From a virus (Duplodnaviria; Heunggongvirae; Uroviricota; Caudoviricetes), in IMG/VR virus record IMGVR_UViG_2695420859_000012: 64,000 bases of DNA. The stretch is one strand, 5' to 3'. A program made the position numbers and the translations under genes. Below are positions 8,957 through 18,421 of the stretch, in pieces; position 1 is the stretch's first letter, and every line of letters starts with the position of its first letter. Below the pieces are notes generated by a model. The model made no database searches. It was given only the letters and a program-made list of their open reading frames with translations, and was not told the origin of the DNA.

Positions 8957-11320
8957 TCAAATATCGAAGCTCGTTATGTCGGCATTTATTGCCATTGCTT
9001 CGGCATAAGTGCGACGCTCACCATCAGCACAAAGTAGGCGTGCTGCTTTATGGATTTTTCTCGTAGAACCATCATCCAGTGACACTGTCACCCAGCCTTC
9101 CTCCGCTCGCTTAATGAAGTCGCCGCCAATGGATTTCATTTTCTCCATATCTTTTTTCCCGATCGCTTTCCTGACCGAGTCTGCTTCCGCCATTGAGAAC
9201 CCCGCCAAGATTCGCGTAGCAGCCATGATCTGTTCCTGATAAATCAGAACTCCGTTTGTGTCGCGAGAGATGTCGTCCAGCATTGGGTGTAAGGAATGTG
9301 GGGCCATGAAGCCTTTGGCCACGGACACATAATCGTCCAACATGCCGGATTGAATCGGGCCAGGTCGGAAGAGCGCAGTTGTAGCGACGACCGTTTTAAA
9401 GCTCATTGGCTCAATTCCACCACCTAAATCTTTAAGCAGCTTGCGCATTGGGCCTGATTCAAGCTGGAATACGCCCTGTGTATACCCTGCAGCAAAACCA
9501 TCCAGCACCTTGCGATCTTCAAGAGAAATGGCATCAAGATTGATATCTTCACCTGTGTTCTCTTTTATGTAGCGTTTTGCACTATCGAGCAAATCGAGAG
9601 TTGCCAGGCCAAGCACGTCCAGCTTAATTAGGCCCATAGCCTCGCAGTAACGCTTGTCAAATGCGATACAACGCGCGTCACCACGGCGTTCAACCGGTGT
9701 ACGTTCTGTCAGAGGAACACCTGCTACGATCATCCCTGCCGCATGTCTACCAAAGCCACGCATAAGGCTTTGTAACTTGCAGGCTGCATTGAATGCATCA
9801 GGATATTTTGTTGCGTATTTGTCGAGACTTGCCAGTTGTTCGCGCAGCTCTTCCAATGGAAGGCTATCATCCTCGACGTTCTTCAGTTCTTTTGATACCG
9901 CCATATCTGCGGACTCCACACCATAAATACGAGCGGTGTCACGTAGTGCAGAGGCTGCGCCCAGGTAGGTGAAGTTCGGAATGCCTGCAACGTAATCTTC
10001 GCCGTAGCGTTCATTCAGATACTCGATCACCTCATGGCGACGTGCCTGGCTGAAGTCCAAGTCCGCATCCGGCAAGTCGAGACGCTCAGGGTTGATGAAA
10101 CGCTCAAACAGAAGACCGTGACGGATTGGGTCGACGTTGGTTATGCCTATGCACCACGCCACCAGAGAACCGGCAGAGGAACCACGACCAGGCCCGACAG
10201 GAATGCCAGTTTCACGGCTGTGATTCATCAGATCGCGTACCATCAGGAAGTAACCACAAAATCCCAGGCGAGTAAGCGTGTCCATTTCGTACTTAAGTCG
10301 CTCAACATAAACCCTGTTCTCAGAAGCAGGTGGTGTGTATCCAAACTCTTTTGTGGTAAGACGTTTACGCAGCCCTGCAACAGCCAGTTTCATCAGCGTT
10401 GCAGGTTCGTCGTCTGCCATCTTGGGCAGTGCTGGTGGCAATTCATGCCAGCGCCATGTGCAGGCATCGATAATGGAGTCCTGCGTTGTTGAGGCCATTG
10501 CAGCTGTTACCGGCACATCCATGCGAACGGAGAAGGCTTTAAGCGCCTCAAGGAGATGGCGACGACCATTGATGGCGTTATCTCGCTGGTGGGGGATACG
10601 CAGACGATGCGGCTGGTCGATTTTTATGTTGTTCGTAACCATGTGCGCAATGTCTTTAATGTCTGCATCGTCGATCGATTCGTAATAAGCGGGATAGAAC
10701 GCTACTGGCTCTATTTTCAGTGCGCTGGCGACTTTCATCGCCCGGACGTTAATCTGGTCGTAGAATGGGGTAGGGTGCGGATAAACCACACTATAGAAGT
10801 TGTCTTTTCCACCCGCTGTAATCAGTGTGCTTATGATTTTTGCAAAATCGTTGCGTTGGAACACGCTACCGATGTCGGAAGTAAGCAGGATGATGTTGCC
10901 TTTGGCATATGTAGAAACCAACTGTTCGAGCGAGAGACGCGGTACAAAGTAGAACTGTTCTCGTGTGTTGGCCGCCGTCATTAGTTCGCAGATGTCGCGA
11001 TATCCTTTCTCATTTTTAATTAGAGCGGTAAACGAGTAGTTACGTCCTCGCTCTAATGATTCCATACATCTCATAGATTCTTTAGCAAGTTTAGCCCGGT
11101 GCTCGTATGTGGGATCATCAACAATGTTTAGTTTCACACCACAAATAACCGCCATGTCGTCACCAGCGGCACGTTGTAGTGGAATAACGCTCGCAATATT
11201 CATGCTATCTGCTGAAATTACAGCGGTGTAGCCAGCTTCTCTGGCAATCTTCACCGCGTTTTCTGCTTTTAGAGCCGACTCCCCAAGTGAGAAGTCAGTT
11301 CGAACCATCAGTGCCTTCAT
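8957..11320 (-). CDS. dnaE: DNA polymerase III alpha (DnaE-type), N-terminal part
   Basis: GYFLMVRDLMNHSRETGIPVGPGRGSSAGSLVAWCIGITNVDPIRHGLLFERFINPERLDLPDADLDF matches the DnaE catalytic core as recalled; ORF stops 44 codons after the point where similarity to uninterrupted DnaE ends. Confidence 0.85.
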   Translation of the reverse strand: MKALMVRTDFSLGESALKAENAVKIAREAGYTAVISADSMNIASVIPLQRAAGDDMAVICGVKLNIVDDPTYEHRAKLAKESMRCMESLERGRNYSFTALIKNEKGYRDICELMTAANTREQFYFVPRLSLEQLVSTYAKGNIILLTSDIGSVFQRNDFAKIISTLITAGGKDNFYSVVYPHPTPFYDQINVRAMKVASALKIEPVAFYPAYYESIDDADIKDIAHMVTNNIKIDQPHRLRIPHQRDNAINGRRHLLEALKAFSVRMDVPVTAAMASTTQDSIIDACTWRWHELPPALPKMADDEPATLMKLAVAGLRKRLTTKEFGYTPPASENRVYVERLKYEMDTLTRLGFCGYFLMVRDLMNHSRETGIPVGPGRGSSAGSLVAWCIGITNVDPIRHGLLFERFINPERLDLPDADLDFSQARRHEVIEYLNERYGEDYVAGIPNFTYLGAASALRDTARIYGVESADMAVSKELKNVEDDSLPLEELREQLASLDKYATKYPDAFNAACKLQSLMRGFGRHAAGMIVAGVPLTERTPVERRGDARCIAFDKRYCEAMGLIKLDVLGLATLDLLDSAKRYIKENTGEDINLDAISLEDRKVLDGFAAGYTQGVFQLESGPMRKLLKDLGGGIEPMSFKTVVATTALFRPGPIQSGMLDDYVSVAKGFMAPHSLHPMLDDISRDTNGVLIYQEQIMAATRILAGFSMAEADSVRKAIGKKDMEKMKSIGGDFIKRAEEGWVTVSLDDGSTRKIHKAARLLCADGERRTYAEAMAINADITSFDI

Positions 11321-11498
11321 GTGTTTTTACCTTTCTGGTTTTTTTGATTTTGTCATTGGGGAAGCCTACGAACTTCCCATGCATCGAAATCGCAACTTCT
11401 TTTGCTGATTGGTGACAATCGGGCTTGTCTGGACACACCAGACAAGCCTTACCTGTTTCAGAAGCAGCGATAAGAGAGCCGAAACATCCTTTACGCAC
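11295..11498 (-). CDS. Small Cys-rich hypothetical protein
   Basis: 67 aa with CLVCPDKPDC; overlaps dnaE start by 26 bp. Confidence 0.3.
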   Translation of the reverse strand: MRKGCFGSLIAASETGKACLVCPDKPDCHQSAKEVAISMHGKFVGFPNDKIKKTRKVKTHEGTDGSN

Positions 11499-11500
11499 GA

Positions 11501-12736
11501 TTAACCAAATATTTTTTGAACAACTTCACGAGCCGCTTGTGCAGAAGCTGAAGGGAGTTTGTTAATGAAAGAACGCTCAATACCTGTCACAAAGTCGCCT
11601 CGCATCATTCCAATCTTGGCTGACAACAAAAGTTCACGAGGGCCAATTGGCTGACTAATAAGGTGTTCTTCGTATCCATCGCGAACGATACCGGCAAACT
11701 TAACCATCTTTTCAGCGTATTCATCCACGATGCCTGCATTTGTCAACATGTTGATCTCTGCGTCTTTGCTCATGTATTTCACATTCGAAACGATGCCAAA
11801 ACGCGAAAAGTTCGCGGCGTTCTGGATGTTTGTACCCTGGTACAAGCCGGTTTCATCACCAGATCCGTTCGTGTTGCCAGTGCCAATGAAAGCAAACCGT
11901 TCATGCGGAGTAATGCGACGCCATTCTGGAGTTGCCTCTTTGATGACCAACGCTTCACCTTCCAGCACTGGCTGATACACGCCAAGAATTTGTGGAAACG
12001 CAAAGTCGTATTCATCCGCGAGGTAAACCCAGCCATGCTTCATTGCGAGCGCAAGCAAGCCAGGTTCGAAATACGTAGAGCCATCACGCGCCAGAATTTG
12101 CCCCGTAACATGTGCCTCTTCCATTGATGCTGTATGTTGGGCACGGATCAACGGACGATTGAGCAAAGCACATAGCTGTGTAGGCAATGACGATTTGCCT
12201 GTTCCTGCATGACCCCACAAATAGCCAGGTATGCCAAGTTCAAGCATCATGAAAATATCTTTGATCAGTTCGAAGTCGCCATATACGTAGCCCTTCTTCA
12301 CTTCTGGAACGAACTCTGGATACGGCGTATTGACGTTGACGCTAACCATGAGCGGCGTCCCACGTTTTGTTCCGAGTTCTTCCACCGTTACGTTTAGCAG
12401 TTCGTGAGCTGCGACCAGATCTGTCTTGTACTCAACTGTGCCTGTGTAGCCAGGGCTACTGGTCAAGACAGAAGATTTGGCCATTTCGCTTTTTTGCTCG
12501 GCACGTTTAGCTTGAATTGCATCAAGTGCCTTTTTCGATAGCGTTGGTTCATCTGGAAACTGCGTTGTGTACATTTTCAGTACGGTGTCAGGATCGGCAT
12601 CTTTTACTGACTCAGGAATGCCCTCGCAATTACCATTGGCTACATGGGACTTAAAATAGTGAAATGATTTGCCGCACCACTTGCAAACAAGGTAATCAGA
12701 AGGATTTTTTTCATTTTGCAGTGCAGTAGTCGTCAT
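11501..12736 (-). CDS. AAA+ ATPase, MoxR/CobS-like
   Basis: Walker A GHAGTGKSS; N-terminal CxxC; adjacent to a vWA protein. Confidence 0.7.
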   Translation of the reverse strand: MTTTALQNEKNPSDYLVCKWCGKSFHYFKSHVANGNCEGIPESVKDADPDTVLKMYTTQFPDEPTLSKKALDAIQAKRAEQKSEMAKSSVLTSSPGYTGTVEYKTDLVAAHELLNVTVEELGTKRGTPLMVSVNVNTPYPEFVPEVKKGYVYGDFELIKDIFMMLELGIPGYLWGHAGTGKSSLPTQLCALLNRPLIRAQHTASMEEAHVTGQILARDGSTYFEPGLLALAMKHGWVYLADEYDFAFPQILGVYQPVLEGEALVIKEATPEWRRITPHERFAFIGTGNTNGSGDETGLYQGTNIQNAANFSRFGIVSNVKYMSKDAEINMLTNAGIVDEYAEKMVKFAGIVRDGYEEHLISQPIGPRELLLSAKIGMMRGDFVTGIERSFINKLPSASAQAAREVVQKIFG

Positions 12737-12831
12737 GCGTTTTTCCTTTGTTCTCTAATGAGCGTTCAACTTCTTATATAAATATATCATTATATATCGT
12801 AAGTGGTTACTTATCGTTAAGGCTGTTTTGT

Positions 12832-14940
12832 TCACTTTAAAATGATACGAGATAGTTCAGTAACTACAGATGAACCAAGACTATCAACGCTCGTTACCAG
12901 GGCATGATTTGAGTAAAATCTCTCCGGTGCGTCAGTCATGATGCCAATTGCCATCAAATCAATATCAGTCTGCGTTTCAATTTGCTTCGCAACTGAACGC
13001 AAATGAGCGTCAAAACCTCTCCCAACAGCCCACGGCGCGCCATCACTCAGAACAAGCATGATCTTCCTGTCCTCCATGCGACCGGAAAATAACGATGCAA
13101 GGCTGGCTATGCTTTCACCATCCACGTTATTAAGAAGTGGGAATGTGTAGCCTACGCACCCCATACGTGAGCGAACTTCGCGAGAATTTACCTTTTCATT
13201 CCAATTTTTGATGATAGGTAGCATTAAAGATTCAAAGCGAGAGAACTCATACTTGACAGCCTTAAGTTCTCCTGCCGCCATATGACTACCAAATGTAGTG
13301 AAGCCGGTGATAATGTTGGGAACATTTATTCGATCAAGGGCATCGGCGATGGTATATGCACTTGCAAGAGCCAGTTTAATCGTTATACCACTCATTGAAC
13401 CTGATAAATCAATCACTTGTTGAACACAGGCGTTAACGGCTTTAGATTCTTCTTTTTTACGAAACACGCGAGCATCATTCATTGCTAATCTGTAGATACT
13501 AGAACCATGAATGCGCCCCCGACGCTGGCCCGGTATAAACTGAACTCTGTTTCTGCTTGCTATTGCTCGCTCCAGGTCTTTTGCCAGCGTCGACGAAACA
13601 CCTGACGAAAGATGCTTTTCAATATATTTGTCGAAGAGCTGGTTGCCTTCAGGAACGATGCGATAGCGGCTGATTGGATATCCTCCCAAATCAATATCGG
13701 AGAATGTTTTAATAAGCCGTTTGATATGGGCTTCTGCCTGATCAATCGAGCCGATGAAGTCGTATGAGCGATTGTATGGCCTGTATTCGCTTTTCGAGCT
13801 TTCTGTTAACTCGCTTTTAATCGTTTCGGATAGAGCATCTTCTGTCATGCCTCCGACTTCATCTTCTATGCTATCCAGCTCCTCTAAAGCCTCTTCCAGA
13901 CTCATTTTTGACGGAGTTGGGATATCTGAAGAGCCATCTTCTGTCGTTTTTCTTTTTTCGTGGTCAGCGGTTAATGATTCTGACGCCGCGTTATCAGAAG
14001 CATCAGAATCTGATACCTCTTTATCATTTTCTGTATCATCGAATATTGTTTCTGATGATTCAGAATTATCTGAATCATCACTGTCGCTATTATCATGTTT
14101 GTACTTACTATGTGATTCTGATTTGATAGATTTGTGATTATCTAACACTGAGGGTGTCTCATGATCTTCGTTGTCTTCATTGTTTTCTCCAGAGGCATCC
14201 GTCTGGTCAGCGTCTGAAGGATCGGAAGTTTTTCCCGGAGCTGACTCCTTACCTTTGCTTTCACTTTCAGTGTCTTTGAGGATCTTAGCTATGGTCGCAG
14301 CCACCTTTACACAATCCTCGGTGCAAGACATGTTACGCACGGCCACATCGATACCATGTTCTTTTAATAATGAAATTGGTTTCTCAATGACAGGCCAATG
14401 TTCATCCATGAAATCTACGAACGGTGCTTGGCCATCCCAGGCTCTTACAACCGGACAGAGAAAGAAGTTTAGAAAAAGCGCGCGCTGATCTTTGCCACAA
14501 TAAGCAATAGCCTCTGAAGCCTTTGGTTTAAAGACTTTTTCGATTATAAGGCGCTGAGTTGCCATCAGATTACGTCTTGTTCCGTTAAAGACCTGACCCA
14601 TTTTTCGCTCGATGAACACGTCTTCTAAGGCATTCCATAGCGACCAGGAAGGAACGCGTCCTTTTTCTCTCATTTTGTTGGACACACGAATATCGGTAAA
14701 CAAAATGTGAGCAACCTCATGATCGAGAAATCCGCGCACAGCATTCATCAATGCCGGTGTTGCGTTATCCGGGATTGATGGGATGTTTACGAAAATTGGC
14801 TCTCCATCATCGTTATAGCGTACATAAGCGTCGTCCCCTCGTTCTGCAACAGGGATGTTTTTACCTGAAAGGAGAGCGACTACTCGTTTTACACTGTCAC
14901 GGAAGTCCTGAACCTCTTTGATGGAACGTTTTTTAGACAT
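12832..14940 (-). CDS. vWA-domain protein with acidic linker, CobT-like partner of the AAA+ ATPase
   Basis: C-terminal MIDAS-like DLSGSMSG; long Asp/Ser/Glu-rich low-complexity middle region. Confidence 0.65.
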   Translation of the reverse strand: MSKKRSIKEVQDFRDSVKRVVALLSGKNIPVAERGDDAYVRYNDDGEPIFVNIPSIPDNATPALMNAVRGFLDHEVAHILFTDIRVSNKMREKGRVPSWSLWNALEDVFIERKMGQVFNGTRRNLMATQRLIIEKVFKPKASEAIAYCGKDQRALFLNFFLCPVVRAWDGQAPFVDFMDEHWPVIEKPISLLKEHGIDVAVRNMSCTEDCVKVAATIAKILKDTESESKGKESAPGKTSDPSDADQTDASGENNEDNEDHETPSVLDNHKSIKSESHSKYKHDNSDSDDSDNSESSETIFDDTENDKEVSDSDASDNAASESLTADHEKRKTTEDGSSDIPTPSKMSLEEALEELDSIEDEVGGMTEDALSETIKSELTESSKSEYRPYNRSYDFIGSIDQAEAHIKRLIKTFSDIDLGGYPISRYRIVPEGNQLFDKYIEKHLSSGVSSTLAKDLERAIASRNRVQFIPGQRRGRIHGSSIYRLAMNDARVFRKKEESKAVNACVQQVIDLSGSMSGITIKLALASAYTIADALDRINVPNIITGFTTFGSHMAAGELKAVKYEFSRFESLMLPIIKNWNEKVNSREVRSRMGCVGYTFPLLNNVDGESIASLASLFSGRMEDRKIMLVLSDGAPWAVGRGFDAHLRSVAKQIETQTDIDLMAIGIMTDAPERFYSNHALVTSVDSLGSSVVTELSRIILK

Positions 14941-15038
14941 GGCTAATCCTTTGTTATGAAAACAAATTATTTACTAGTGTGTTTAATGTAGCACTGCGCG
15001 AATAGGGAACTAAGCCATTCGCGCAGGGAGAAGAGGGG

Positions 15039-15251
15039 TTAACAGATTCTGACGGCTAAAGACCCGGAGCCGATATTGAGAAGCGTGAAGCGTTTGTTGT
15101 TAAGTTCGAATATAAAGCCAGTTGTGTCATTCACACCAACCTGAATCTGCTCATTCGGTAGATCGGTGAGGATGTCAGCTACACACTCATCAGCTAATTT
15201 CTGTACGTGTCCGATCTCAAGAGCGATTAGGCTGGAAATAGTGGTGTTCAT
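15039..15251 (-). CDS. Hypothetical protein
   Basis: 70-aa ORF; preceded by hairpin ctgcgcgaat...attcgcgcag at about 14984-15026. Confidence 0.3.
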   Translation of the reverse strand: MNTTISSLIALEIGHVQKLADECVADILTDLPNEQIQVGVNDTTGFIFELNNKRFTLLNIGSGSLAVRIC

Positions 15252-15457
15252 TCAATCAATCCATTCTAACTTATACTATGGTAAGGAATACTACTAAAAT
15301 TTATATCAATACTGAATACATTCATATCATATGCAAGTTAATTTTCTTACCTGTTTTGGGCTAATTTTTCTCCGTGCAATGGCCTTTAACCGGTCTTTTA
15401 AGTGCCTATCGAAAAAAATGATAATAGCTTTACAACCCTAACCTTTGATGTAATATC

Positions 15458-15471
15458 GGTAAGCACTTACC
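15458..15471. promoter_or_regulatory. Dyad GGTAAG-CA-CTTACC upstream of the XRE regulator gene
   Basis: 14-bp palindrome about 30 bp upstream of the ATG at 15503. Confidence 0.4.
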
Positions 15472-15502
15472 AGAGAGAATTGAACGCGCAAAGGTTGTAA
15501 CA

Positions 15503-15889
15503 ATGTCTGACAACAAGATTGAATTTATAGAAAGTCGCTATGCTGCTTTTATCGCAGGGCTGATTGAATCCTCACCTATGAGTCAGGCCCAAATAGCCAG
15601 ACTTATTGGTTATAAAAATGCCAACAACCTTTCTTTAATTAAAAGTGGCAAAATTCCTTTGCCTATCGATAAGGTTCGTCCGTTGGCGCTGGCGCTGGGT
15701 ATTGAGCCAAGTCGTCTTATGATGATGGTGCTGGAAGAACGCCAACCTGAACTCGCAGCATTTTTATACAAAGAAGGCACCGCTCCTCTTAACGAGGACG
15801 AAAAACAGGTTCTTGCTGCATATAACGAGCGATTCGGTAAAGAGAAAGGCGCATCACAAAAGGTTGTTGAGGCCATAAAGTCTCTATGA
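15503..15889 (+). CDS. HTH transcriptional regulator (XRE-like)
   Basis: HTH-like segment MSQAQIARLIGYKNANNLSLIKSGK; plus strand, 3' end overlaps recombinase 3' end. Confidence 0.6.
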   Translation: MSDNKIEFIESRYAAFIAGLIESSPMSQAQIARLIGYKNANNLSLIKSGKIPLPIDKVRPLALALGIEPSRLMMMVLEERQPELAAFLYKEGTAPLNEDEKQVLAAYNERFGKEKGASQKVVEAIKSL

Positions 15890-16987
15890 AAAATTTACAC
15901 GAATAAGCTCTGTTGATAGACGATCTCCCTTGAATTTGTGGTCAATTTCGTCTAAATCCGGTTGCTCTACGATTGATGCGATGTACGTCGAGAAACTTTC
16001 TAAGGCGTCTCGCATCTCGTCCATATAATCGTGCCGGTCGTAGACTCGATCTATCCCCTCAAGACTGTGGTTCATGATTTTGCGTGATACCTCCTGGCTT
16101 ATGCCTAATGCTGGGAAGTAACTACGCGCAGTGCGGCGCAAGTCTCGGGGTGTAAATGGCTCAAGCTCCATCAGTTCTGGTCGTTCCAGAATACGACGTA
16201 ATGCCTGGGCTATTGCCACTTTAGACATAGGAAGGTCTTTCCCGATTTTTTTATTCGAAGGCACGAGCCACTGGCTGCCTTTACCGTATTCGAACAACTC
16301 TTCAATGCATGTGCGCATTAATGAGCTTAAAGGCAGAGAATGCTCACGGGCAGATTTGTTCCTCTTGCCTTGATTCCAAACCCCACGCTTAAGATTGAAC
16401 TCACTTTTTTTAGCCCGCAGTACTTCGTCAGGTCGTCTTGCGGATACAAGACATAGCCTGGCCGCCCATTTTGTACCAGCACACACATTGAAGTAGTCCC
16501 ATATATTCCAGAACACCCATACCTCTGCGTCGGTTAGCTTCCGCTCGCGAGGTGTGGGCTTTGCGCCACCGGCAACTTTGTTAAGTGACATATCGTTTAA
16601 CGGTGACACGTCGATCATCCCCTGGAAGGCGCACCAGCTGAGGAACTGCTTCATCAGAGAGAAAACGCGGCGACCCATAACAATTTTGCCATCCAGTATT
16701 AGTGGGTTGACCAGTTGGTTCACCATGAACCTATTAATATCACTTACTTTTACATCGGCAATGTGCGGCAAAACATGTATCAAAATACAATGAACAGCGA
16801 TCTCTGGCCGACGTCTTGTTATCAGCAGAGATAAGCGAGTGAATAACATGAATGCGTCCGAGAATCTCATGTCATTGCTGACCTGGGAGATCATAACGGC
16901 CTGCATTTGAGATGCTCTTTCGAGATACTCAATCGCCTCTTTTGAGGTGTTCTCCGCAGCGCGTGCTCTGTCAAAGCTATTTTTCAT
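15884..16987 (-). CDS. Tyrosine site-specific recombinase / integrase family
   Basis: LVSARRPDEV (catalytic Arg box), RDLRRTARS (HxxR-box variant), NHSLEGIDRVYDRHDY (nucleophile Tyr region). Confidence 0.75.
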   Translation of the reverse strand: MKNSFDRARAAENTSKEAIEYLERASQMQAVMISQVSNDMRFSDAFMLFTRLSLLITRRRPEIAVHCILIHVLPHIADVKVSDINRFMVNQLVNPLILDGKIVMGRRVFSLMKQFLSWCAFQGMIDVSPLNDMSLNKVAGGAKPTPRERKLTDAEVWVFWNIWDYFNVCAGTKWAARLCLVSARRPDEVLRAKKSEFNLKRGVWNQGKRNKSAREHSLPLSSLMRTCIEELFEYGKGSQWLVPSNKKIGKDLPMSKVAIAQALRRILERPELMELEPFTPRDLRRTARSYFPALGISQEVSRKIMNHSLEGIDRVYDRHDYMDEMRDALESFSTYIASIVEQPDLDEIDHKFKGDRLSTELIRVNFS

Positions 16988-17085
16988 ATGACAATCACCG
17001 AGTTACGCCGATGCACTGTATAAGTAAACAGTATATTAGGCATAGATTCTTATAGGATCAAGAGTAAAAGTAACTCATTTTCAGT

Positions 17086-17118
17086 AATGATTCCATACAT
17101 AGTAGGTATGGAATCATT
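17086..17118. other. Candidate recombination core site: 13-bp inverted repeats flanking a 7-bp spacer
   Basis: AATGATTCCATAC (17086-17098) / ATAGTAG / GTATGGAATCATT (17106-17118); arms are exact reverse complements; 130 bp upstream of the recombinase start. Confidence 0.45.
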
Positions 17119-17237
17119 GTAGGCCTTTTTTATAAAATCTGTGATTCTTCTCAGGATAAATTATCTAAACTAAAAATTGTGTTTTGTGTTGGCATCTGCT
17201 TGAATAGACGCATGTTTATTCAGATATGGAATAATCA

Positions 17238-17774
17238 GTGAACAACCAAATTCATTGGGACTACCCATTCTCAGAAGAATTCGGCAGTGGGATGGTACAC
17301 AGACAATTCACTGTGGGAAGCACTATTTATGCCGTTGGGTTTGAACAAATATTGACGATGGATGATTTCACACGTAAGGGAGTTGATATCCTAAATGTAC
17401 ATCCAACATTCCGGTTTCCTCTGAGTGGTGTATGGGGAGTGATTTTTGACGAAATTGACCCTGTAGAAATGGATTTCAAAGGATTTCGGCATATCCAACA
17501 TCAAGGCTTGGCAGGTGGTCAAGTGCTTTTGAATGTTGCAAGTATAATCTTTGACCATTATACTGTTTGTAACGCAGGAGCTTATGTCTTCTCCGCCGCA
17601 GACGACCATCAGCATTTACGCAGAACTGACTTGGTAGACATTTACTGTAAGATACTAGGTCTAAATGGAAAACGTAAAAGTAGATTGTTCGCCAATGGTT
17701 TTCCTGGATGGGAGGCATACTGTGATGTACCAACAGGAGGAAGAGGCTATGTCGTCACGACTGAAAGTTATTAA
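17238..17774 (+). CDS. Hypothetical protein, weak GNAT-like motif
   Basis: 178 aa; QHQGLAGGQVLL loosely resembles GNAT motif A; plus strand in accessory island. Confidence 0.4.
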   Translation: MNNQIHWDYPFSEEFGSGMVHRQFTVGSTIYAVGFEQILTMDDFTRKGVDILNVHPTFRFPLSGVWGVIFDEIDPVEMDFKGFRHIQHQGLAGGQVLLNVASIIFDHYTVCNAGAYVFSAADDHQHLRRTDLVDIYCKILGLNGKRKSRLFANGFPGWEAYCDVPTGGRGYVVTTESY

Positions 17775-17976
17775 TTATTACCCCACCTCTGCAGAACGTT
17801 TGAGCCTTGAAATGGGCGAAAGACTACAGAAAGCTGCTGGTCAGGATTTAAAGAACAAGTTGGGTTCAGGGGAAATTAAACTGATTAACGGTAAATATGT
17901 AGGTGAAAGCCTGAAAGTTAATAGCACCTCTATGCTAAAAGCGCGGTTGCGTAAAGCGTATATCTCCGCTAAATGA
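17749..17976 (+). CDS. Small hypothetical protein, overlapping downstream partner of 17238..17774
   Basis: Re-called start ATG at 17749 behind AGGAGG (MSSRLKVINYYPTSAERL..., 75 aa); track ORF 17665..17976 starts further upstream. Confidence 0.35.
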   Translation: MSSRLKVINYYPTSAERLSLEMGERLQKAAGQDLKNKLGSGEIKLINGKYVGESLKVNSTSMLKARLRKAYISAK

Positions 17977-18005
17977 AAAGGCCTATATGGGCCTTTTCAT
18001 TTTTA
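17976..18005. terminator. Intrinsic terminator hairpin between convergent genes
   Basis: aaaaggcc-tatatg-ggcctttt followed by cattttta. Confidence 0.6.
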
Positions 18006-18248
18006 TAGTGTACTCACCAGCGCCGCAAATTCCGTATACCCCCCAATATGCTCTCCATGTATGAATATCTGAGGTATGGTATCCACTGGTTTACCAACCT
18101 GGTTGCTCAACGTTTCTTTGTTGATCCCCGCAGATGTAATATCTATATACTCATAATCACCGTAGCCATGTCCCTTTAGTTGCTTCGCCAACTCGACCGC
18201 ACGTTTGCAGTATGAGCAGTTATCTCGTCCGTAGATAGTGATCGTCAT
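18003..18248 (-). CDS. Glutaredoxin (NrdH-like redoxin)
   Basis: 81 aa with CSYC active site (MTITIYGRDNCSYCKRAVELA). Confidence 0.8.
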   Translation of the reverse strand: MTITIYGRDNCSYCKRAVELAKQLKGHGYGDYEYIDITSAGINKETLSNQVGKPVDTIPQIFIHGEHIGGYTEFAALVSTL

Positions 18249-18421
18249 AACTTAACAAATACCTTTATAAATATTGATTCGAACATATCAGACTATACTA
18301 CAAACAGATTTTTTTGATAAGTATGTAGTAACTTATTGATTGACTAGTAAACAATTGAAGTGATTACGACAATAGATTACAGTAAGGATTGCCTTGAAAT
18401 GTACATTTTATAGAGGTTTTA

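Noticed and set aside
8957-9090. Intein explanation for the dnaE interruption
   Set aside because: The intervening HNH gene is in a different frame with its own start and stop, and the upstream dnaE frame terminates; an intein would require a continuous in-frame insertion.
17086-17118. Tiny ORFs beginning ATGATTCCATAC (MIPY...) at the four 13-mer motif copies
   Set aside because: Three of the four are only 11-29 codons and differ after the first four residues; the conserved unit is the DNA 13-mer, so a DNA-level site is more parsimonious. One copy does coincide with a plausible 50-aa membrane ORF (21224..21376), kept as a low-confidence feature.
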